A stretch of 64,000 bases of DNA from Shigella phage Shfl2: sequence record HM035025; one strand, written 5' to 3'. The notes under the pieces are model-generated. The model was not told the DNA's origin and searched no databases. It saw nothing but the letters and a program-made list of their open reading frames with translations. Both the position numbers and the translations under genes were made by a program. Below, piece by piece: positions 40,751 through 50,057 of the stretch. Every line of letters begins with the position of its first letter. Position 1 is the first letter of the stretch.

Positions 40751-43015
40751 TCATAATTTACAGGATGAACAATCTTCAGCTTTTGGAGTTTCTATTTCAT
40801 AATCATCAGTACCAGAACCATCGCGGGTATTATGATAATAGAAATTTTTTCCGCCAAAATACCAAAAATACAAAAGGTCATCAATCATTATTGACATTGG
40901 AACCTTTCCTTTTGGAAAAATCTGCGGGTCATAATATGTATTTGCTGAAGCTGATTGACATACCCATTTAAGCATAATAGCTACCTGCGTAAGATAAGGT
41001 TTATTACCTTTCTTAGCTAATTTCCACGTATAATCATAGAGGTCTATGTTATGCTCAATATTGGGCACGACTTGATTAAAGGAACCCTCTTTTGATTCTT
41101 TAACAGAGACTGGTCCACGTGGAGGCTCGATACCGTTTGTACTGTTAGAAACTTGGGAAGATGACTCACATGGCATAAGTGCTGATAATGTGCTATTACG
41201 GATGCCAAAGAGCTTAAGGTCTTCCCGCAGCGACGACCAGTCACAAACGTATTTTGGAGCTGCGATTTGGTCAATCTTTTTATTGTACCAGTCGATAGGT
41301 AATTCGCCTCGAGACCAACGAGTGTCTGAATAATATTCGCAAGGTCCTTTTTCTTTGGCGAGCTTAATGGATGCTTTAATGAGTCCATACTGTAATCTCT
41401 CAAATAGCTCATGTGTTAAATCGTTAGCGTCTTCATAAGAAGCAAAATTACTTGCCAGCCAAGCTGCATAGTTAGTAACACCTACACCGAGATTTCGACG
41501 CTTTTTAGCTTTTTCTGCTTCAGGAACTGGATATCCTTGGTAGTCCAAAAGATTATCAAGAGCACGAACTTGAACTTCTGCCAATTCATTAATTTTATCT
41601 TGGTCTTGCCAATCAAAGTTATCTAACACAAATGCAGATAACGTACACAATCCAATTTCAGCATCAGGACTATTCACGTCATTTGTTGGAATAGCAATTT
41701 CACAACACAAGTTGCTCTGACGAATAGGTGCCTTTTCACGAATAAATGGAGTATAGTTATTCGTATTATCAATGAACTGTACATAAATCCTTGCTGTTCC
41801 TGAGCGTTCAGTCATTAGCAATTCAAACAGTTCACGGGCTTTAATACGCTTTTTACGAATATTAGGGTCTTTTTCTGCGGCTTCATATAATTCACGGAAA
41901 CGGTCTTGGTCTTTAAAATAAGAATAATAAAGCTCACCACCCATTTCATGTGGACTGAACAAAGTAATGTAGTCGTTCTTTCCAAAACGTTCCATCATTA
42001 GGTCATTCAGTTGAACGCCATAATCCATATGACGAATACGGTTTTCTTCTACGCCTTTGTTATTTTTCAAAACGAGAAGATTTTCAACTTCCAAATGCCA
42101 AATAGGATAATAAGCAGTAGCAGCGCCGCCACGAATTCCACCCTGTGAGCATGATTTAACAGCAGTCTGAAAATGTTTCCAAAAAGGAATAACACCAGTA
42201 TGACGTACTTCACCTGTACCAATCTTAGAACCTTCGGCACGAATCATACCAACGTTAATACCAATTCCAGCGCGTTTGGAGATATATTCAACAATTGAAG
42301 CAGAAGCTTTGTTAATAGACTTCAGCGAATCACCTGCTTCAATAACAACGCATGAACTAAACTGCCGAGTTGGAGTACGACAGCCAGCCATAATAGGAGT
42401 TGGTAATGAAATCTGTCGAGTAGATACCGCTTCATAAAAACGAATAACGTGTTTTAATCTATCAACAGGTTCATCTTGATGCAATGCCATTCCAATAGTC
42501 ATAAATGCAAACTGTGGAGTTTCATAAATTTGACCAGTGGTTTTATCTTTAACGAGATATTTTTCTTTTAATTGCATCGCCCCGGAATAAGTAAATTCCA
42601 TATCCCGCTCGTGCTTAATTTTTGATTCTAAAAATGTAATTTCTTCTGCTGAATATTTTGACAGCAGTTCAGGGTCATATTTACCTTCATTTACACAGTA
42701 AGAAATATGGTCAATAAATGAACGTGGTTCATATTGTCCGTAAACATGCTTACGAAGAGCAAACATTAAACAGCGAGCGGCTACGTATTGATAATCAGGC
42801 TCTTCAACTGAAATAGAATTCGCAGCAGCCTTAATTACAATGGTTTGAATGTCATCAGTGGTCATTCCATCACGGAGATATGATTTAATATTTTCATATA
42901 ATTCATAAGGATCTACAGATGTTCCTTCGGCTGCCCAAGATAAAACTTTAATAATTTTTTGCGGGTCAAAGCTCTGAGAAACACCACTACTTTTGATAAC
43001 ATTAATTAATTGCAT
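40751..43015 (-). CDS. nrdA: Ribonucleotide reductase large subunit
   Basis: 754 aa, ATP-cone N-terminus, T4 NrdA length. Confidence 0.97.
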   Translation of the reverse strand: MQLINVIKSSGVSQSFDPQKIIKVLSWAAEGTSVDPYELYENIKSYLRDGMTTDDIQTIVIKAAANSISVEEPDYQYVAARCLMFALRKHVYGQYEPRSFIDHISYCVNEGKYDPELLSKYSAEEITFLESKIKHERDMEFTYSGAMQLKEKYLVKDKTTGQIYETPQFAFMTIGMALHQDEPVDRLKHVIRFYEAVSTRQISLPTPIMAGCRTPTRQFSSCVVIEAGDSLKSINKASASIVEYISKRAGIGINVGMIRAEGSKIGTGEVRHTGVIPFWKHFQTAVKSCSQGGIRGGAATAYYPIWHLEVENLLVLKNNKGVEENRIRHMDYGVQLNDLMMERFGKNDYITLFSPHEMGGELYYSYFKDQDRFRELYEAAEKDPNIRKKRIKARELFELLMTERSGTARIYVQFIDNTNNYTPFIREKAPIRQSNLCCEIAIPTNDVNSPDAEIGLCTLSAFVLDNFDWQDQDKINELAEVQVRALDNLLDYQGYPVPEAEKAKKRRNLGVGVTNYAAWLASNFASYEDANDLTHELFERLQYGLIKASIKLAKEKGPCEYYSDTRWSRGELPIDWYNKKIDQIAAPKYVCDWSSLREDLKLFGIRNSTLSALMPCESSSQVSNSTNGIEPPRGPVSVKESKEGSFNQVVPNIEHNIDLYDYTWKLAKKGNKPYLTQVAIMLKWVCQSASANTYYDPQIFPKGKVPMSIMIDDLLYFWYFGGKNFYYHNTRDGSGTDDYEIETPKAEDCSSCKL

Positions 43016-43332
43016 AAGTCCTCAACTTGAAAATCGTCTTTAAACAATCGGTTAACTATATGAGCTATTATATCACCATGACACGGCTTTGGTTTACATG
43101 TGCATCCTAGCCTCATTCCACGTAAAGGCTCTAAATGTGCTTTAGTTATTTCTCCGGATTTAATTCGACGTATAAAATCTTTTTTGAATAATTCAATGGC
43201 AGCCTCCCGGCTGCCAGCATCTTTACCGACGTAATTTCCCCAAAATGTACCACGGTGAATATTAACATCAAAGTCGGATTTATATTTATTCACTACCTGG
43301 CATAGACGGCCCGCGCGGTGATAATTCGTCAT
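43006..43332 (-). CDS. Hypothetical protein with Cys/His cluster
   Basis: 108 aa, motif [12 protein letters not shown]; stop overlaps nrdA start. Confidence 0.55.
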   Translation of the reverse strand: MTNYHRAGRLCQVVNKYKSDFDVNIHRGTFWGNYVGKDAGSREAAIELFKKDFIRRIKSGEITKAHLEPLRGMRLGCTCKPKPCHGDIIAHIVNRLFKDDFQVEDLCN

Positions 43333-43561
43333 ATTGTTTTTCCGTTAAAACAGTAATATCATAGTAACAATCTGAAGAAGTTTTAACTGTAGAAATTTTA
43401 TTATCAAAATACTCACGAGTCATTTTATGAGTATAATATTTTTTGCCATAAATGATAATAGGCTGTTCTGGTCCTGGAACTTCTAACTCGCTTGGATTAG
43501 GAAGTGTAAAAAGAACGACACCAGAAGTATCCTTAAATCGTAAAATCATATATCCTCTCAA
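43286..43561 (-). CDS. Hypothetical protein
   Basis: 91-aa ORF. Confidence 0.5.
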   Translation of the reverse strand: MRGYMILRFKDTSGVVLFTLPNPSELEVPGPEQPIIIYGKKYYTHKMTREYFDNKISTVKTSSDCYYDITVLTEKQYDELSPRGPSMPGSE

Positions 43562-43572
43562 TTAAATTAAAA

Positions 43573-44433
43573 TTACACCGCCATCTTTCCTTTCAATACA
43601 CCGTGGGACTGATAATCTTTGAGAACGAAATCCCGTGCTGTCATATATTCAGTTAACCAATACATTTGAGTTTCAGTATCGCATTGACTGAATCCATTAG
43701 GCCAATTAATACTGAGTTTGCATAGATCCATAGGAGTTCTATTTAATATCTCTTTGCATTGCTCAATATGGTTAGAATAAATGTGTGTATTACCACCCGA
43801 GAATACCAAATCGCCCGGAACTAGTTCACACATGTCAGCAACAATATGCAAAAGAGCAGCATAACTCGCGATGTTAAATGGAAGACCGAGGAAAACATCT
43901 ACCGAACGTTGATACCATTGGAGGTCAAGGTATCCGTTACGCACATTAAACTGATAGAACATATGACAAGGAGGTAATGCCATCTGCTTGAGTTCAACTG
44001 GATTCCATGCCGACACAATTTGACGCCTATCGTTGGGAAATGTTTTAATACGATTAACAACTTCTACAATTTGATCTACACCACCAAAATCACGCCACTG
44101 TTTTCCGTAAATTGGACCAAGTTCACCGCTATGATAACCTAAGTCTTTGGCCTGGTTTTCGTAGTTTTCATCCCAAATTGTTTTTCCTGCAATTAAAGAT
44201 CCATGAGTACGTTGACGTAAATCATTTACGTTAGTACTTCCTGATAAGAACCACAACAACTCAGAAATACATGCATTCCAGGCGAGCTTCTTAGTCGTTA
44301 CTGCAGGAAAACCTTTAGTTAAATCCCAGCGTAATTTAGTACCGAACAAAGCAATTGTTCCTGTGCCTGTTCGGTCATCAGTTTCATAGCCATTTTCAAA
44401 AATGTCTTTAATTAAATCTTGGTATTGTTTCAT
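43573..44433 (-). CDS. td: Thymidylate synthase (intron-less)
   Basis: 286 aa contiguous; active-site Cys context PCHMFYQF. Confidence 0.95.
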   Translation of the reverse strand: MKQYQDLIKDIFENGYETDDRTGTGTIALFGTKLRWDLTKGFPAVTTKKLAWNACISELLWFLSGSTNVNDLRQRTHGSLIAGKTIWDENYENQAKDLGYHSGELGPIYGKQWRDFGGVDQIVEVVNRIKTFPNDRRQIVSAWNPVELKQMALPPCHMFYQFNVRNGYLDLQWYQRSVDVFLGLPFNIASYAALLHIVADMCELVPGDLVFSGGNTHIYSNHIEQCKEILNRTPMDLCKLSINWPNGFSQCDTETQMYWLTEYMTARDFVLKDYQSHGVLKGKMAV

Positions 44434-44477
44434 TTAGTACCTTATATAAATTATAATACATTTTATGAAGCTAATAA

Positions 44478-44837
44478 TCAATACGGTTTAGCATCAAATT
44501 TTCTTTCGATTTCAGGAGTGAAATATAATTCTTTACCACGTTTGGAAAAACGACCAATAATATGATAATTATTCTCATCAAACGTGATATTACCAATATC
44601 CATAGCTTTCAACCAAATATCGATATTTCTATCTAGTTTTATATCAAAATTCCAATACGGAGAACTATTACCAAAAATACTACAAGCGGATTCAGTGAAA
44701 CAACTGCTATAAATCTTGTCTTTAGGAACTACTAATTGATAGACGCCTTTAATAAACTGAGGACCCTGCCATTTTGGTTGTTTCGCGTCTTTTTCTAATA
44801 GAATAGGGTAATAATTAAAATTCATATTTTCCGCCAC
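44478..44837 (-). CDS. Hypothetical protein located between frd and td
   Basis: 119-aa ORF, no motif recognised. Confidence 0.5.
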   Translation of the reverse strand: MAENMNFNYYPILLEKDAKQPKWQGPQFIKGVYQLVVPKDKIYSSCFTESACSIFGNSSPYWNFDIKLDRNIDIWLKAMDIGNITFDENNYHIIGRFSKRGKELYFTPEIERKFDAKPY

Positions 44838-44845
44838 GTGTTATT

Positions 44846-45675
<830 letters not shown>

Positions 45676-45685
45676 ATTATTTTCC

Positions 45686-45928
45686 TCAAACAGACTTTTT
45701 CACAATTTTCCAATCAGCTTTAAACTGTTCAACGTCAGAATGGTAAATCCAGAATCCTGCGCTTTCTCCATCCTCATAAAGAGGGCATCCATCACATCCA
45801 TCTTCCCATCCCATACCACGTAAAAGATGTTCAGCTTTTTCAACAAGTTCAGAATCTTTACCGATAATATTAAAATACCATTTACCTCTAACTTCTGAAT
45901 CTTTGATGCTCTGGCGTTGTAATCTCAT
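45686..45928 (-). CDS. Hypothetical protein
   Basis: 80 aa from internal ATG downstream of the early promoter (track ORF extends to 46024). Confidence 0.45.
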   Translation of the reverse strand: MRLQRQSIKDSEVRGKWYFNIIGKDSELVEKAEHLLRGMGWEDGCDGCPLYEDGESAGFWIYHSDVEQFKADWKIVKKSV

Positions 45929-45954
45929 TTTTATTCTCCTTAGTTGATAGGGTA

Positions 45955-45984
45955 ATAGTATCACACTACTACCCTTCTGTAAAC
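45955..45984 (-). promoter_or_regulatory. Early promoter (GTTTAC - 18 nt - TACTAT)
   Basis: Minus-strand match; the -35 hexamer overlaps stop of upstream ORF. Confidence 0.5.
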
Positions 45985-46364
45985 TACTTTTTGAAAGTTT
46001 TTCGCAAAAGTTCAATAATTTCATCTACATTGTTTTCGTCTACAATGCAGTGAATTTTTGTTACGCCAGAAACCAGGTCTTTGACTTCATCTTTTTCAGA
46101 AGTCGGTTCTTTATACTCACGAAAACAATGAAATTCGTCTTCGCAAATTTCTAAAAGTCTATCTTTGAGGTAAAAATGCTTTCCATTTGCGCATTCAATG
46201 TGTTTTACTGCTTTATATCCATTAGCGACGGAAACTTCTTTAACTTCAAACCATCCGCCATTATCTCGAATAGCTTTAACGATTGATGAATTAGAACGTG
46301 GGCTATAATTAATAAATGTATCAATAAGTCTTGGAACAAGTTCATACTTTTTGCCAATATACAT
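45984..46364 (-). CDS. Hypothetical protein
   Basis: 126-aa ORF. Confidence 0.5.
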   Translation of the reverse strand: MYIGKKYELVPRLIDTFINYSPRSNSSIVKAIRDNGGWFEVKEVSVANGYKAVKHIECANGKHFYLKDRLLEICEDEFHCFREYKEPTSEKDEVKDLVSGVTKIHCIVDENNVDEIIELLRKTFKK

Positions 46365-46407
46365 TACGTTTCCTCATTTTAATAGGGGCTTGATAGCCCC
46401 TTGATAA

Positions 46408-46638
46408 TTATTGTTCAATCAGTCCCATGTAAAATTCTGCGTCTTCAGAATCCATGCCATCACAATATTCATTAGCCATAAAGCGGGTGAGGTCTTCAAG
46501 AGGACCTTCAATGACAATAGAAAAATTGCAATAATTGGGATCATCGTGAATACTTGTGATACTAAGTTCAGGATAACGATTACGAATAATTTCTTCGATA
46601 TATTCAAAATCAACGATGTCAATATCAACTTTAGCCAT
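46408..46638 (-). CDS. Hypothetical acidic protein
   Basis: 76 aa from ATG preceded by AAGAGGA (track ORF extends to 46701). Confidence 0.45.
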   Translation of the reverse strand: MAKVDIDIVDFEYIEEIIRNRYPELSITSIHDDPNYCNFSIVIEGPLEDLTRFMANEYCDGMDSEDAEFYMGLIEQ

Positions 46639-46730
46639 ATTATTTTCCTCTTTAATCATCAGCAGTATTGCCGATAGTTGTATAGTACCATGGAAGGACA
46701 AGGATGTAAACCGTTTTGTGAAAAAATTTT

Positions 46731-46761
46731 TGAAATAAAAAAGGGGACCTCTAGGGTCCCC
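46731..46761 (-). terminator. Rho-independent terminator after gene 32
   Basis: GGGGACC-CUAGA-GGUCCCC hairpin followed on minus strand by UUUUUUAUUU. Confidence 0.8.
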
Positions 46762-46783
46762 AATTAATTAATAATATAATCTA

Positions 46784-47692
46784 TTAAAGGTCATTCAAAA
46801 GGTCATCCAGGTCCGTGTCATCAGCACTAGATGAACTGCCAGAGCTTGAGCTCATAAAATCATCTTCAGTTTTTGTATTGAAGTCATCAACATTGAATGC
46901 ATCCAAATCATCAGCAACTTTATCAGCTTTCTTAGCAGCAGTTGCAGCGGCACCGCCCATCACAGCAGTTCCCATAACTTGACCGAATTTAGTATTCAGT
47001 TCTTCAAACGATTTGAATTTATCTTTAGAAGTCATTTCAGAAAGGTCAACCATTTGTTCGAACAGTTCTTTCTGGAAAGATTCATCATCAATGTTTGGAA
47101 TCGCGGATTGATTCAGGAATTTAGATTCATCGTAGTTACTAAAACCAGAAACTTGTTTAACTTTCAGTACAAAGTTAGCACCTTCCCACGGACAAGTTAC
47201 ATCAACCGGAGTTTCACCCATTTCAACATCAACCGCAATCATCGCGTTGATTTTATCCCAGATTTTCTTACCGAAACGATATTTAAATACTTTACCTTCG
47301 TTTTCTGGAGCAGCTGGGTCTTTTACTACAAGAATGTTAGCCCAGTAAGAAGTTTTACGTTTAACAAGGCTGTACTCTTTATTGTCAGTGTTGTACAGAT
47401 CATTTTTACTAATGTATTGACATACTGGACAAGAATCGTAATCACCGTGGGTAGATGAACAGTTTTCAATATACCATTTACCATTTTTCTTGAAACCGTG
47501 ATTTACAAGAATTGCGAATGGTGCTTGTTCATCATTTTTAGACGGAAGAAAACGAATTACTGCTTGACCGTTACCCGCATTGTCGAGTTTCAGTTTCCAC
47601 TCGCCTTTATCTTCAGAAGAAAAACCACCTTTATTTCCAGCCAGTTTAGCCATTTGTGCAGCGAGTTCAGCAGTAGATTTACGTTTAAACAT
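46784..47692 (-). CDS. 32: Single-stranded DNA-binding protein gp32
   Basis: 302 aa, acidic C-terminal tail ([22 protein letters not shown]), Cys/His zinc site context. Confidence 0.97.
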   Translation of the reverse strand: MFKRKSTAELAAQMAKLAGNKGGFSSEDKGEWKLKLDNAGNGQAVIRFLPSKNDEQAPFAILVNHGFKKNGKWYIENCSSTHGDYDSCPVCQYISKNDLYNTDNKEYSLVKRKTSYWANILVVKDPAAPENEGKVFKYRFGKKIWDKINAMIAVDVEMGETPVDVTCPWEGANFVLKVKQVSGFSNYDESKFLNQSAIPNIDDESFQKELFEQMVDLSEMTSKDKFKSFEELNTKFGQVMGTAVMGGAAATAAKKADKVADDLDAFNVDDFNTKTEDDFMSSSSGSSSSADDTDLDDLLNDL

Positions 47693-47775
47693 TTTTATTT
47701 CCTTTTTAATTTAATTAACAGTTGGTGCTATGACGATGTATGACCTCATAGCTGGTCAGTGAGATAATTATAATC
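47693..47775 (-). promoter_or_regulatory. Gene 32 5' leader / translational operator region
   Basis: Minus-strand leader ends UUAAAUUAAAAAGGAAAUAAAAAUG, the A/U-rich tract that gp32 binds cooperatively in T4. Confidence 0.55.
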
Positions 47776-47783
47776 TATTTATA
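47776..47783 (-). promoter_or_regulatory. Late promoter (minus strand) for gene 32
   Basis: Plus tatttata, 83 nt upstream of gene 32 ATG. Confidence 0.55.
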
Positions 47784-47791
47784 ATAAGCAA

Positions 47792-48445
47792 TTAATACTT
47801 GCAGGATTTCACAGTTTCAATAAAAACTTTTTTAGCTTCCTGTGAATCAATATTTAAAATTTTTCTATAAGCCTTTAACTTTATAGAATAATTATTCCAA
47901 ACTAAATTATCAGTCTGTTCATCATGTTTATCAATTATATTTAAAAACGAATCAAGCAAGATAAACGTCTCAAACGAAATTATGTTCGATTGCAGAAGTT
48001 TAAAAATATAACTTGATTGAACTTTTGGATTATACTCAAAGATTTCTTTAAAAGCAGAAACTTCAACTTTTTTACTAAAATAATAAATGTTGCGAATATC
48101 TTCTTCAAACTTAAATTTAATTTGCTTTAAGCGTCCGATATATTCACGATAAAACACAAGTGCATCAGCGTCAGAGATGTCACCAATCCAAGCATCCTGG
48201 TTAGCAACCAGATTGCTTATAAAGATTAAAGCAAGTTCCTTTAATTTATATTTTTCTGATAACTTCTGGAAAAAATACTTATCCCTTCGCTTTTGATAAG
48301 CGGCATCAGACACCCGCATGCACCAATTATACTTAATTACATCATACTTTCCATTCATATGTTGTTTTATCATTAAGTATAATTTATAAACTGATTTACC
48401 ATCAATGTATCTTTCACCACCAGCAGGCATGCGGAGTTTAATCAT
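47792..48445 (-). CDS. 59: Helicase loader gp59
   Basis: 217 aa, T4 gp59 length and position. Confidence 0.9.
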   Translation of the reverse strand: MIKLRMPAGGERYIDGKSVYKLYLMIKQHMNGKYDVIKYNWCMRVSDAAYQKRRDKYFFQKLSEKYKLKELALIFISNLVANQDAWIGDISDADALVFYREYIGRLKQIKFKFEEDIRNIYYFSKKVEVSAFKEIFEYNPKVQSSYIFKLLQSNIISFETFILLDSFLNIIDKHDEQTDNLVWNNYSIKLKAYRKILNIDSQEAKKVFIETVKSCKY

Positions 48446-48780
48446 AGCAGAAAGTCTAACGTATTCGTTTTTTCACATCTAACAACAGAAGGGCGTAAAA
48501 GATTTTCGTCAATAGCTTCTGACTGAATTTTTTCAATTATACCCGAAGGAATAAATTTAGCAAATTGAGTTTCAGGAATAGAGTTTTCTTCCAAGAATGC
48601 TGTTGTAGCTTCAAGATAACTCATTCCAAACTCTTCTACCATTTTTTCAATAATAAATCCATTTTCTTGACGATCAAGAAGCTTTGCTATTTCATCCTTT
48701 TCTTTCTTAATTGAAAGTTCTTTTTCTGAAAGACCGGTCTCATCGACCGGGCGAATATCATTTAGAGAAAACTGTGTCAT
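48442..48780 (-). CDS. 33: Late transcription co-activator gp33
   Basis: 112 aa from first ATG (track ORF begins on TTG); acidic protein between dsbA and 59. Confidence 0.85.
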   Translation of the reverse strand: MTQFSLNDIRPVDETGLSEKELSIKKEKDEIAKLLDRQENGFIIEKMVEEFGMSYLEATTAFLEENSIPETQFAKFIPSGIIEKIQSEAIDENLLRPSVVRCEKTNTLDFLL

Positions 48781-49027
48781 AAAGTTCAACTACCTCTTCA
48801 GTTTCAGCTTCAAACACATCACGGTTATCTTTATGATATAGAGCCAAAAGACGATTAAACATCTTGCCATCAACACCAAGTTCATCTTTGGCACGAATTC
48901 GAATATCTTTAATCAATTCATTATAACCGGAAATTTTCAGTTTATGATCAGATGCTTCTTTAATAAATTTAGCCAAGTCTTCGCCATGGATAGCTTCATC
49001 AAATTCAACCATTTCTTTTTTAGCCAT
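48758..49027 (-). CDS. dsbA: DsbA, dsDNA-binding late transcription enhancer
   Basis: 89 aa, T4 length and position. Confidence 0.8.
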   Translation of the reverse strand: MAKKEMVEFDEAIHGEDLAKFIKEASDHKLKISGYNELIKDIRIRAKDELGVDGKMFNRLLALYHKDNRDVFEAETEEVVELYDTVFSK

Positions 49028-49035
49028 TATTCACC

Positions 49036-49953
49036 TCAAAATTCATTAATGCTATTAGTTAATTTAGAAAGACCCGCTTTTACAAAATATGAATAAATTT
49101 TGCCACGCGGTGGTAATTTATATGAATTATAGTAATTCACAATGTTTGAAGCAATATTATCAGGAATATAATCAAAATCAATTAGAACTAAATTTTCTTT
49201 ATAACGATTATATTCAGATTCTGTGAGAAGCACCTTAGCTTGCTCACGGTCATTAGCAATAGCTTCAACGATTGAAGTTTTCATTGAAGGAGTTCGTTCA
49301 CCTTCAACTTTGGTAAACCAAAAGTCAGATCGTACTTTAACTGAAGCAACGTTATCCTTTTTGTCGCCTTTAAGGATTTTAGTCATACAATCAATTTCAG
49401 CAGAACCGCTTTTAATTTTAACCCATTTCTTATGCATCGGCGACCATTGCTTAACATTTGGGTATTTGTGAAGCTGTGTAAAGTCACCATCCGATGAAAT
49501 GATTAAAATCTTATGTCCTTCTAAAGAGAACTTTTTAACAAGAACAGCAATATGGTCATCTGCTTCATACTTATCAATATCCATAACAATGTATGGCATA
49601 TAAGCTTTCAATTCATCTATAACTTTATGACTGGATTCAAAATAACCTTCCCAATCCCAAGTAGATTCTTCTCGTGCTTTTCCACGGTTTTTCTTATAGT
49701 AATAAGCGAAATCACGACGCCAGTATCCAGATTTCGCGTTATCGATACACAGTACAATTTTAGTGTATCCAAGAGCTTTTGCTTTTTTGACATTAAACTT
49801 AATTGAGTTCAATATCAAATGACGAACCATTGATAAATTAATTTTTTCTTTATCTGGGAAGTTTACTAGAGCAGTCGAAAGTGCAATTTGACTAAAGTCA
49901 ATTAAGCAGATTCCTTCTTTGTAATCTTCATCCAGCATCATTTCTAAATCCAT
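49036..49953 (-). CDS. rnh: RNase H (5'-3' flap exonuclease)
   Basis: 305 aa from ATG with GAGG Shine-Dalgarno; begins MDLEMMLDEDYKEGICLIDF. Confidence 0.93.
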   Translation of the reverse strand: MDLEMMLDEDYKEGICLIDFSQIALSTALVNFPDKEKINLSMVRHLILNSIKFNVKKAKALGYTKIVLCIDNAKSGYWRRDFAYYYKKNRGKAREESTWDWEGYFESSHKVIDELKAYMPYIVMDIDKYEADDHIAVLVKKFSLEGHKILIISSDGDFTQLHKYPNVKQWSPMHKKWVKIKSGSAEIDCMTKILKGDKKDNVASVKVRSDFWFTKVEGERTPSMKTSIVEAIANDREQAKVLLTESEYNRYKENLVLIDFDYIPDNIASNIVNYYNSYKLPPRGKIYSYFVKAGLSKLTNSINEF

Positions 49954-49982
49954 ATGAACCTCGTTCAATTAGTGAGATTTCT

Positions 49983-50012
49983 ATTATATACCATCCGAAT
50001 CTTAAAGTAAAC
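49983..50012 (-). promoter_or_regulatory. Early promoter for rnh
   Basis: Minus strand GTTTAC - 18 nt - TATAAT. Confidence 0.55.
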
Positions 50013-50015
50013 AAG

Positions 50016-50023
50016 TATAAATA
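50016..50023 (+). promoter_or_regulatory. Late promoter (TATAAATA) for gene 34
   Basis: Exact TATAAATA 34 nt upstream of gene 34 ATG, back-to-back with the rnh early promoter. Confidence 0.65.
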
Positions 50024-50057
50024 CTTATTATTGAAAACACAATAGGAGCCCGGGAGA

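Noticed and set aside
39530-44433. Group I introns or intron-encoded endonucleases in nrdB and td
   Set aside because: Both genes read as single uninterrupted frames of the expected length, so no intron is present in this window.
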